A stretch of DNA of 37,098 bases from Candidatus Iainarchaeum sp. (GTDB lineage Archaea; B1Sed10-29; WALL01), in NCBI GenBank assembly GCA_021162685.1, contig JAGGYF010000003.1:1-37098 (forward strand). The letters run 5' to 3'. Below are positions 1-8,010 of the stretch, one piece after another; position 1 is the stretch's first letter, and each line of letters begins with the position of its first letter. Below the pieces are notes generated by a model. It did not search any database and was not told where the DNA came from. It worked only from the letters and a program-made list of their open reading frames with translations. Position numbers and translations under genes: made by a program.

Positions 1-1881
1 ACAAAACAACCAACCACAGAAACACCCATAAGCATATACGCAATACCTGTTGACGAAGCACACGGAAAAGTCCTTATTGCAAACACTGGAAACAAACCCA
101 TAACACTGAGCTATCTAAACACAACAGACGGAACAACATGCGACTTTGGCCAAACAGTAACAATCCAACCTGGCCAACAAGCAATGTGCACAATGCCACC
201 GAAAAGGGGAACAACATATTTGTATGGTTCAGGAACAGGAAGCACCCCTGTTTCCATGTCCTCAGTTTCTGACTTCACAGTTTCTTCTTCTCCATTGTTT
301 TCCTCAACAACATGGAGCGATTCCGGAAGCAGCGGCACATATGAGAACACAACAACTGGAAGCGTAAAACTTGCATCAAAGCAATGGTGGAAAAAGAGGA
401 TAACATCATCTTCATCAGATGAGAAAGATGCCCAGTTGGTGGTTAATTCCTCTGATATTGTTCATATAATCTTCCGCAAAACAGATACTGATGAAAACAT
501 ATATATGGCTCATTCACCTTCTTGGCAAGCTAACGCCATTATCTCTTCCTCAGGCAACCAACGTTATGTTTCTGTTGATATAGATTCCAATGACGTGATT
601 CATATTGTTTTTGAAGATTGGGAAAGGGGAGGCACATATGATATCAGTTATGCAAACTCTTCATCAGGATGGCAGAAGGTTAGGATATTTGATTACAATA
701 TAATCGGAGACACAACTCACATACCATCTGTTGCTGTTGGACCAACTGGTGAGGTTCACGCTGTGTGCGATACTGTGGGCTCTGTGTATTATACAAATTC
801 CTCTTCAAATTGGGCTAGTACAAAGATAAATACAAATTATGCAATACGAGCTAACATAGATATAGACTCCAATAATGTGCCGCATGTGGTGTGGAGGGAC
901 GGATTAAATGATGGGAACATAATCTACACAAATGGTTCCTCCAACTGGCAGAAAACAACGATCTCAGTTTACCCAGGTCGTGCAGAAACCATTGTTGTTG
1001 ATGGAAATGATGTCATCCATGTTGCATGGGCCGCGCAGCTACCCTCTGGCAATTACGCAGTTTACTATACAAACTCCTCTTCCGGATGGGCTAATACGAG
1101 GGTTTCCTCTGCCTCTTTTTCATCCCTCCCTGCTGTTCATATACAATCCGATGCCAATAATGTTGTTCATATTGCGTGGAGTGCAGCAAATGGCACAGAC
1201 TATCGTATATACTATTCAAATTCTTCATCCAATTGGCAGAATGTTGAAATTGCTAACACTCCCTCCTCCAGTAGGTTGGGCCTTGTCCAGAGGAGCCTCT
1301 GGTTGGATAGCAATAACATAGTACATGTAGGATGGGAGGATTACCGCAGCGGAAACTATGACATCTACTACGCAAACTCCTCCACCCACTACTACACAAC
1401 AGGAACATTCACCTCCCAACCATTAAACACTGGCCAAATCTCAAACATAACAAACGTTCAATGGACAGAAACAAAACCAACAGGAACAAATCTTGCTGTT
1501 TCACTAATCCTGAGCAATGTGTCAGACTTCTCAACAAACACAACAGAAACAGCAACAAACAACGCAGGCATAACAACAAACGCCCAATACATCAAATACT
1601 TCCTAAACCTGACAACAAATGATTGGGATACAACACCAATCATGCACTCTATATCCATAACATACAAACCACTACTATCAAACCTCACATATACAGTAAA
1701 TCTTGACAATGGCATACAATGGGTAGCCCTGAACAGAAGCGATGGCACACAAATAGCCAACGAAACTGTCTCAAACTGCAATACCTTCTACACAAACACA
1801 GAAGAGGTAAACACAGGTTACACATATACAATCATTGCAAAGGACTGTTTGGGAAACACTTATACAGAAAGTTATCCATAA
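1..1881 (+). CDS. Pilin-domain / 7-bladed beta-propeller surface adhesin (5'-truncated by window edge)
   Basis: Frame 1 is open from base 1 (TKQPTTETPISIYAIP...), so the real start lies upstream of the window. The first ~85 aa resemble the body of the pilin at 29314-29670. Seven D-S-N-x-x-x-H-[IV]-x-[WF]-like repeats, most followed by IYYxNSSxxW. C-terminal beta-sandwich (GTFTSQP...W..TKPTGT...YIKY..L.T...TPIM). Confidence 0.75.
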   Translation, partial: TKQPTTETPISIYAIPVDEAHGKVLIANTGNKPITLSYLNTTDGTTCDFGQTVTIQPGQQAMCTMPPKRGTTYLYGSGTGSTPVSMSSVSDFTVSSSPLFSSTTWSDSGSSGTYENTTTGSVKLASKQWWKKRITSSSSDEKDAQLVVNSSDIVHIIFRKTDTDENIYMAHSPSWQANAIISSSGNQRYVSVDIDSNDVIHIVFEDWERGGTYDISYANSSSGWQKVRIFDYNIIGDTTHIPSVAVGPTGEVHAVCDTVGSVYYTNSSSNWASTKINTNYAIRANIDIDSNNVPHVVWRDGLNDGNIIYTNGSSNWQKTTISVYPGRAETIVVDGNDVIHVAWAAQLPSGNYAVYYTNSSSGWANTRVSSASFSSLPAVHIQSDANNVVHIAWSAANGTDYRIYYSNSSSNWQNVEIANTPSSSRLGLVQRSLWLDSNNIVHVGWEDYRSGNYDIYYANSSTHYYTTGTFTSQPLNTGQISNITNVQWTETKPTGTNLAVSLILSNVSDFSTNTTETATNNAGITTNAQYIKYFLNLTTNDWDTTPIMHSISITYKPLLSNLTYTVNLDNGIQWVALNRSDGTQIANETVSNCNTFYTNTEEVNTGYTYTIIAKDCLGNTYTESYP

Positions 1882-1883
1882 TA

Positions 1884-2098
1884 CTAATAGTGGGGTCTTG
1901 TATCCCACCACGAACGCCCATATGCAAGAGCGTCTTGGGGGACACCTACTGTTTCCCCTGCGCAATGCGAAGCGCAGAGCATACTACGGGGATATACTCC
2001 CTTGCTTCGCTTTGCGAACCCTCGGAATCCACACCCCCTCCTTTCAATGGTTTTCTAATAGTGTGGCTTTATGCCACACTACGAACGCCCATATGTAA
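1884..2098 (-). mobile_element. Non-autonomous palindrome-ended element (IS200/IS605 PATE- or REP-like) or structured ncRNA
   Basis: Two directly repeated modules CTAATAGT-hairpin-ACGAACGCCCATATG (1884-1924 and 2055-2095). Perfect 9-bp stem TAGTGTGGC/GCCACACTA at 2059-2081. GC-rich multi-hairpin interior. On the minus strand the hairpins start with GTAG/GTGG. No transposase present. Confidence 0.5.
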
Positions 2099-2143
2099 TT
2101 TGGGCATAGTAATCTTTTTATTTTCTGACACATAAACACAATT

Positions 2144-2569
2144 ATGCGCGATCTTGTTATGTCTGCACTCTCAGTATCAATCATCGTACTATTCTTTATG
2201 ATGCTCTTTGTTACATTGTTCATCATTGCAACCTCTTGGCATTTTACAAATCCAGAGATGAAAACGCATCAAGGTTTCTACCAGATAAAGGTTTCGGATT
2301 TTGGGTTCTACAAGAACAGATTTAACATAGTGTACATAAACGATTCTCCCCAAACTATAACTCAACTCAAGGCGATATATACGTCAGATGGAGAAAGTGT
2401 GACAGAAGCACTAAACACAACATGGAAACCTAACCAACCACTATACCAGTCTGTTATCTTTGAAATGCCGTGCGAGAATACCTTTTCTGTTTCAGTGTAT
2501 ATTGAATATTCAGATGAGACAGGAAAAACACGCGTAGAAAGGGGCATAATAAGTGGGCAGTGTGGGTGA
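2144..2569 (+). CDS. Membrane-anchored pilin-like protein
   Basis: Long N-terminal hydrophobic helix, then a beta-rich domain (GF..I.V.DF...N...I...W.P...C...V.IEY...G.ISG) reminiscent of DPANN pilin bodies. No canonical class III cleavage site is visible. Confidence 0.5.
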   Translation: MRDLVMSALSVSIIVLFFMMLFVTLFIIATSWHFTNPEMKTHQGFYQIKVSDFGFYKNRFNIVYINDSPQTITQLKAIYTSDGESVTEALNTTWKPNQPLYQSVIFEMPCENTFSVSVYIEYSDETGKTRVERGIISGQCG

Positions 2570-2613
2570 CACCAAAACTATTTTTTACCTCTTCTTCCTT
2601 TTTCTTGTAGGTC

Positions 2614-3804
2614 GTGCGTATGCAATCCGGGCAAGCGTTTGACACATTTAAGCTTCTCATAGGTGGAGTAGTAGCTCTCTCCTTGCTTGTAGTACTACTA
2701 TCAGTTATTAGCGGTGTGGTTCATTTGATACCTCACTCAGGGTTTGATGCGTCAAAAGCAGAGATATCTGACTTTGCTGTTTATCCAAAACAGAGCACAA
2801 TTGGCACAATTTTTTCTATAAAAGGCGTTGTGAAAATGGAATCCGGTAAAATAAAGCAATGCCGAGAACCAGCGCGCGTTTTTGTTAGGGTAGGGAGCGA
2901 AGAAATAGAGATGTACGATGATGGCAAACATAATGATGGAAAGGAAAAGGACTGTACTTTTGGAGCTCTTTGGAATTCTCTTGGGAGGGGGAAAGGTAAC
3001 TATTCGGCACAGATGTTTGCTGTTGATGCAAATGGTTTGGAGGTTTCCTCTGCTGTATTTACTTTTCAGGTTACAAACAATAAATGTGCACTTATCTCTG
3101 GCGAAGGCAATTCTTCAACAAAACTGGATATTGTTTTTGTTGGCGACAAATATACTGACCTTGATACTTTTGGTTCTGATGTGGAGATCCACTCCAATTA
3201 TTTGCTATCCACAGCGCCTTTCAATGAATATAAAGATAGGATAAAGATATATGCAGTAAGGCAGTTTGCAGATTTGGGGTGTAGTGTAGAGATGGGATAT
3301 ATCTCCTGTGATGATGATCTTGTGGAGATAGTTGCATCACAGTGTCCTTATGACGAGATAATTGTTTTAGTTAACACAACAGAGATTGCTGGTTCTGCGA
3401 ATCCACATGCGTACGCTAGTCGTTTATACCCTGAGGTGACAGTTCATGAATTTGGCCACTCATTTGGTCCAGAGCCGATAAATCTTGCAGATGAGTATAG
3501 TTATGGCGCATCAGAGGTTGGTGCAGACGAGTATCTAAGAAAAGCCCCAAATTGTGATTATTATCCATGTAATAAGTGGGAGGGAGTCCCAGGTACATCA
3601 TGTGTCCATGTAGATAAGTATGGCAGAGAGGGGTGCACATTCATAGAGTGGTACAAACCAGTGGAGTATGACCCAGCCAGGAATTTCCCCATAATGGAGG
3701 GCGCAACAATAAAAGAGAGAGACACCCCTATCCCTCCCGCACCAGTCGAACACGACCCTGCCTCTATTAGGTTTATAAGGAGGTTGTTGGAGGAATACAA
3801 ATGA
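2614..3804 (+). CDS. Class III signal (pilin-like) protein with Ig-like domain and M64 (IgA-peptidase-like) metallopeptidase domain
   Basis: N-terminus SGQAFDTFKLLIGGVVALSLLVVLL. MYDDGKHNDG..D..FG choice-of-anchor-X-like motif. LDIVFVGDKY, HEFGHSFG...LADEY and PNC motifs of peptidase M64. Confidence 0.75.
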   Translation: MRMQSGQAFDTFKLLIGGVVALSLLVVLLSVISGVVHLIPHSGFDASKAEISDFAVYPKQSTIGTIFSIKGVVKMESGKIKQCREPARVFVRVGSEEIEMYDDGKHNDGKEKDCTFGALWNSLGRGKGNYSAQMFAVDANGLEVSSAVFTFQVTNNKCALISGEGNSSTKLDIVFVGDKYTDLDTFGSDVEIHSNYLLSTAPFNEYKDRIKIYAVRQFADLGCSVEMGYISCDDDLVEIVASQCPYDEIIVLVNTTEIAGSANPHAYASRLYPEVTVHEFGHSFGPEPINLADEYSYGASEVGADEYLRKAPNCDYYPCNKWEGVPGTSCVHVDKYGREGCTFIEWYKPVEYDPARNFPIMEGATIKERDTPIPPAPVEHDPASIRFIRRLLEEYK

Positions 3805-4313
3805 AAAGGACATTCCTTCTTCTGTTATTGTGTCTTACGGTATCAGCAGACATCTACCTCATCCACTTTGAAGAAGATGGGGGGAAGATTATATACAAAG
3901 ATATCTTCCTTAAAAGAGGAGAGGTTTACTACTCCCTCCAACCGGAGGAAGGATATACTATTAGAGTTATTGGTGATAAAGGAACATACTCATTTATGTT
4001 TGTTCCCCCAACTTTCTCACTTTTTGACAATTTTAATGGTTCGTATGAAACACCCGGCGGTATAATCATACTAAACGAAAAAAGCTTTTGTGTTCGTGTT
4101 CCCTACTTTGATGATGCAAAGCGAATAGAGGTATACAACCCAACAGGGGAGAAAATTGAGGAAATAGATGTATCCATGTTTGCGAGGGTGAAAAGAGGCA
4201 GCAACAAGGCCCATAGCAATGCAGATGCGGTGCTCCTCGTCGTTGTCATTATTGGTATTCTAGCAACTCTGGTTTATTTTATGCGTTTGATTTCATCTAG
4301 AGAACGCAGTTAA
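3801..4313 (+). CDS. Secreted, C-terminally membrane-anchored hypothetical protein coupled to the M64 gene
   Basis: ATGA overlap with the upstream stop, signal peptide, beta-rich domain (VPYFDDAKRIEVY), C-terminal TM helix with basic tail. Confidence 0.7.
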   Translation: MKRTFLLLLLCLTVSADIYLIHFEEDGGKIIYKDIFLKRGEVYYSLQPEEGYTIRVIGDKGTYSFMFVPPTFSLFDNFNGSYETPGGIIILNEKSFCVRVPYFDDAKRIEVYNPTGEKIEEIDVSMFARVKRGSNKAHSNADAVLLVVVIIGILATLVYFMRLISSRERS

Positions 4314-4314
4314 A

Positions 4315-4330
4315 CGAAACATTTTTATAC
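4315..4330 (+). promoter_or_regulatory. Archaeal BRE + TATA box
   Basis: CGAAACA-TTTTTATAC about 30 nt upstream of ATG 4362, with a GGTGG RBS before the ATG. Confidence 0.55.
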
Positions 4331-4361
4331 TGTTCCACATTTTATTTACAAAGGTGGTATT

Positions 4362-5150
4362 ATGCGAAAGACCCATCTATTAGTCATAGCTGCAATAGGG
4401 GTATTAATCTTTGCGGCTCTACCCTTAACAAACGCGCTGTTTGGATGGACAAGGTATTTCCATAGGTCGTCTAGACTCTCTAACTCTGGTAGCTATCTTG
4501 GTACTTGGAGCTGTAGATCAAGTTATTCCAAGCGTTGTGACCCACAAGTCTATACCCTTGGTTTGGAGATTGATGAGAACGGAAAATGGAAAAATGTGCG
4601 CACAGGGAAAAGTTATTCATATCTCACTTTTAAAGTAAAATTTAAACCTGGTGGCAGAGGGTGTAAGAACTGTGGTATAAAATGTGAGTTTTGGCTAATG
4701 AATGATAGACCAACTGGGCTACCATATCCTTGGAATTTAGTTGCAACATATGATCTGTCATCCAAAAAATTTGCCAGGAGCCAACATTGGGCGACATATG
4801 CTAAGGGACCCATAACTCCGACTAGCTTTAAACTCAGGAAAGGATTGGGCAAGGCATTTCTGACAGGTGATGCGGGCAAAGTAGGGCTAAACCATATAAA
4901 ATGCCAGATAACTGGAGGGACTTGGTACAAGAGGTGTAAATACTTGGATGCAGTTAACATAGAAGTGTATGGGTATAATAAAGCAGGATTTGCACCCATA
5001 GAGGAAGAGGGAGGACAACAAGAGACTGAAATACCGACAAGCATAGAGGAAGTACAAGGTATATTCGAAGATAATCCAGCAGTTTTGATATTAGCATTGG
5101 CTGCGATTGTGATTATTGGTGCGTTGATCTACGAATACAGAGAGAAATAA
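4362..5150 (+). CDS. Secreted basic, Cys-rich protein with C-terminal TM anchor
   Basis: Signal peptide, Lys/Arg/Cys/Trp-rich ectodomain, acidic linker (EEEGGQQETE), TM helix and charged tail. Confidence 0.7.
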   Translation: MRKTHLLVIAAIGVLIFAALPLTNALFGWTRYFHRSSRLSNSGSYLGTWSCRSSYSKRCDPQVYTLGLEIDENGKWKNVRTGKSYSYLTFKVKFKPGGRGCKNCGIKCEFWLMNDRPTGLPYPWNLVATYDLSSKKFARSQHWATYAKGPITPTSFKLRKGLGKAFLTGDAGKVGLNHIKCQITGGTWYKRCKYLDAVNIEVYGYNKAGFAPIEEEGGQQETEIPTSIEEVQGIFEDNPAVLILALAAIVIIGALIYEYREK

Positions 5151-5172
5151 CCCCTTTCCTTTTCCCTTATTC

Positions 5173-5478
5173 TTATATCCTCTCTAACAACTCTTCCAGT
5201 AATGCATCTGCATCCTTTAAGATCTGGTCAATATCCTCTTTCGTAGCATTGTCATAATGGATACCTGCAACACAAACAACAGGTCTCCCCAACTTTTCTG
5301 AAACTGCCTTTGCGAACTTCAAAGCCAATGGTCCTTCCTTATGATCATCAAGCTCAACACACTCTCCCCTTGATGTAGCAATTGCGCCTATATGGCTCTT
5401 TCCACCTCCCAATGTTAAAACAATTCCATCATCAAGTTCATCAACCATAACCCATACCTTTCCATGTTCTATTTTCAT
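5173..5478 (-). CDS. LpdD-like prenylated-flavin chaperone (PAC4-like fold)
   Basis: GGG.SHIGA, HKE..LA and VVCVAGIHYDNAT..DI motifs; co-oriented with UbiD. Confidence 0.75.
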   Translation of the reverse strand: MKIEHGKVWVMVDELDDGIVLTLGGGKSHIGAIATSRGECVELDDHKEGPLALKFAKAVSEKLGRPVVCVAGIHYDNATKEDIDQILKDADALLEELLERI

Positions 5479-5990
5479 ATAATCGTCCTCAGAATGTTTA
5501 TTAGTATATCAAAGATAGCAGTAATTACATCCTTCTTCTCCTCTTTATGTTGTTCTATATGCTCCTGCGTTTGTTTCCATGTCTCATCAGCCTTTTTTGC
5601 TCTATAGTATGCTGAGTCATACGTTTCATTCTCAACTTCAAATCCTCTTTTTTCTGGCTCAGGGATTGTATGAATCTCAACATCAGGCATAGTACTATTT
5701 ACCTCCACAACCCTTGGTTTGTAATCCTCTATGGATGGTGGTGGCGGATACTTGGGCTGGTTCTTTACTCTTTCTAAGTGTTCATACCATTCCTTATTAG
5801 CATCTTCTGGAGGCTCCACTCCTAACTTGGCAAACCTCTTCATCTTTGGTTTCACTATTGTTGCTCCTCTTGCAAGAGCGCTCATAAACTCACAGGCTCC
5901 TTTTGAAGCGCCTGTTAAATTTTCACATCCCTCTGCTAGAACAAATCCAAACAGAACTACCAAAATCAAAAGAGCCTTATATGTACTCAT
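5475..5990 (-). CDS. Hypothetical secreted protein
   Basis: Signal peptide, C-x10-C pair, Pro-rich linker, amphipathic C-terminal helix (DVITAIFDILINILRTII). Overlaps both neighbours. Confidence 0.65.
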   Translation of the reverse strand: MSTYKALLILVVLFGFVLAEGCENLTGASKGACEFMSALARGATIVKPKMKRFAKLGVEPPEDANKEWYEHLERVKNQPKYPPPPSIEDYKPRVVEVNSTMPDVEIHTIPEPEKRGFEVENETYDSAYYRAKKADETWKQTQEHIEQHKEEKKDVITAIFDILINILRTII

Positions 5991-7278
5991 TGATATCCAC
6001 CGTCATATATTCAACAGGTTCAAAACTTTTACTTGTGCTTTTCTTTGTTGCATCAACACCTGCCTTTGCACTCCTTGATTTTTGACCAGGTATGTGTTTG
6101 GCGCTTGGGTCAAGACTGCTAGCAGGCTGGTCCCTAAAGACAACAAGATCCCTATCTGCTTGGACTCTTGTCGCAATTGCCCACTCTACCTTGTTTGGAT
6201 CATATATGTCTATGTCATTATCAACAATTACAACATGTTTCAATGAGCCATGCCCTTTGAATGCCGCCTCTATTGCCTTTTTACCGTCATCTTCTGCCTG
6301 CTTTTCAATCTGTACAACAGCATGAAGCCATGACGCTCCTCCAGGTGTGATATATACATTTGTGCATTTTGTAACTTTGTTCACCTCATTGTATATTGTT
6401 GGTTCCTTTGGCATGCCCATAAGTAGTTTATGTTCTCTTTTGCCGGGAAGTAATGCCTGATATATCGGATCTCTTCGCATCGTTATACAATCAATCTCAA
6501 GTACTGGCTGCTGCCTTACTTGATCTCTAGTTTCTGTTAGGTCCACAAATGGTCCCTCATCCGTCTGCTCTTTCAGAAGCCTTCCTTCCAGAACAATCTC
6601 ACAGTTTGCAGGCACTTCTAGGTCTTTTGTTATACACTTCACCACAGGTGTTTCCTCCAACACATTTGCAATGCCTAACTCATCAACACCTGGCTTTGGT
6701 CCAAGCGATGCAGCAACAAGTGTTGCCATTGAATTCCCAATACATATCGCGATTTCTAAATCACCATCAACCTTCTCATATGTAGTTGCAACCTGCCTCT
6801 TTTTTACAAGCCTGGCAGCAAATCTATTTTTGCCTATCTGCATTAGCCTATGGTAGCTCATATTCCTTCCAGTTTCTGGATCCTTTATTATGCCAATAGA
6901 GGCAGTTGTATACCTCCCCCCATCTCCTTGCAAGTGGTAGAGTATGGGCAGAGCATCCAAATCAACATCTTTTATAACAACTTCTTGACAAGGTGCTTTT
7001 GAAACAATCTCTGGCTTAACAGGATTGTTTATGGCATCTGCAAGTTTTTTCAGAAGTTCTTCTTTCTTACAACCCAATGCATTTGCAACCAACTCCCTCC
7101 TTGAACACAATCCCGCAACAACTTTGAAGTTCTCATAGCCCTTAACATTCTCAAATACCACAGGCCTTTCATCCAACGCATTTATCACGGCAGCCATCTC
7201 AAGGTTTGTATCAACCTCCCTTTTCACATGCAATAATTGATTATTTTTGCCAAGTTGTTCCAAAAGATCCCTCAACAT
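5977..7278 (-). CDS. ubiD: UbiD-family prFMN-dependent decarboxylase (possibly anhydromevalonate phosphate decarboxylase)
   Basis: DLDALPI..H...DGGRY, NMSYHRL, VPANCEIVLEG, EGPFVD, KHVVIVDNDIDIYD...VEWAIATRVQ, SSLDPS and GVDAT motifs. Confidence 0.92.
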   Translation of the reverse strand: MLRDLLEQLGKNNQLLHVKREVDTNLEMAAVINALDERPVVFENVKGYENFKVVAGLCSRRELVANALGCKKEELLKKLADAINNPVKPEIVSKAPCQEVVIKDVDLDALPILYHLQGDGGRYTTASIGIIKDPETGRNMSYHRLMQIGKNRFAARLVKKRQVATTYEKVDGDLEIAICIGNSMATLVAASLGPKPGVDELGIANVLEETPVVKCITKDLEVPANCEIVLEGRLLKEQTDEGPFVDLTETRDQVRQQPVLEIDCITMRRDPIYQALLPGKREHKLLMGMPKEPTIYNEVNKVTKCTNVYITPGGASWLHAVVQIEKQAEDDGKKAIEAAFKGHGSLKHVVIVDNDIDIYDPNKVEWAIATRVQADRDLVVFRDQPASSLDPSAKHIPGQKSRSAKAGVDATKKSTSKSFEPVEYMTVDINEYI

Positions 7279-7322
7279 AAGAACACCCCTTTACATTTTT
7301 TCATAGATGCATAAAAAGATTG

Positions 7323-7442
7323 CTATAAATTTGCCAACATTGCTAAAAACCTTCTCTCCTCTCTGATAATCCTCTTTACAATATGCTCAACATCTTTCCA
7401 TTCAGCAACTCTCACCCTTCTTTTTTTGCCTGGTACCTTCAT
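7323..7442 (-). CDS. 39-aa micro-ORF, putative Doc antitoxin (not in the ORF track)
   Basis: Read by hand: MKVPGKKRRVRVAEWKDVEHIVKRIIREERRFLAMLANL*. Starts 13 nt after the doc stop, and a GGTGA RBS overlaps that stop. The C-terminal helix resembles Doc-neutralising tails. Confidence 0.55.
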   Translation of the reverse strand: MKVPGKKRRVRVAEWKDVEHIVKRIIREERRFLAMLANL

Positions 7443-7455
7443 ATACTTAATAGTA

Positions 7456-7830
7456 TCACCCCCTTGTATGGTTCGCAAACCACTGCGCCATTTTATTCAC
7501 GGACATTTTTCCATTGGCTACATCTAACGTAAAAGATACCTTTGTATACTCGTGAACCTTGTCTAACTTTTTACCATTTGCTTCAAGGAGTGTTTTGGCC
7601 GCGATAAAACCCGTCCTTTTGTTTCCATCAACAAACGGGTGGCTATCTATGATTCCTTTCATTACTACAGCGGCTTTCCTATTCACTCCCCTTGTATTTG
7701 CAGTTCTGTACACAACAAAATCCAAGTTTGCTTCTCCTCCTCCTGGCATGAGCCCCTCTCCTTTTTTATAAGGGATCTGTTTGTTGATCTCTACTATTAT
7801 TTTTTTTGATAATGTTTCTACTTGTACCAT
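7456..7830 (-). CDS. doc: Doc (death-on-curing) family Fic-domain toxin
   Basis: HPFVDGNKRTG motif (Doc-type K in place of the Fic G), KAA...I...H, and a C-terminal A.G......A.W pattern. Start taken at MVQVETL (7830). Confidence 0.85.
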   Translation of the reverse strand: MVQVETLSKKIIVEINKQIPYKKGEGLMPGGGEANLDFVVYRTANTRGVNRKAAVVMKGIIDSHPFVDGNKRTGFIAAKTLLEANGKKLDKVHEYTKVSFTLDVANGKMSVNKMAQWFANHTRG

Positions 7831-8010
7831 GCTATCTTTATGTTCTCTGCTGAATATAAACATTTTGAATTTTGTAATACTTACAAAATTTGAGAAACCA
7901 AAACCAAATGTTTAAACATATCTCGCCGAAAAACTTAAAATACGCCTTTTTTTCAAAAAACAGAGGAAAAATAACATTATTTTGCTAAAATAAAGAAATA
8001 CATATCCACC

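Noticed and set aside
1884-2098. Hammerhead/HDV ribozyme, SRP RNA, RNase P RNA or group II intron
   Set aside because: No CUGAnGA/GAAA core, SRP helix-8 motif, RNase P GAGGAAAGUCC or domain V signature seen.
1719-2135. ORFs 1719-2135, 1835-2098 and 1771-1965 as genes
   Set aside because: They run through the structured element and overlap the adhesin; no protein-like features.
1-5150. Diversity-generating retroelement acting on the surface genes
   Set aside because: No reverse transcriptase and no template/variable repeat pair differing at adenines was found by eye in this window.
7456-7830. Fic AMPylase
   Set aside because: The motif is HPFxDGNKRTG, lacking the GNGRxxR AMPylation signature; it fits the Doc kinase type.
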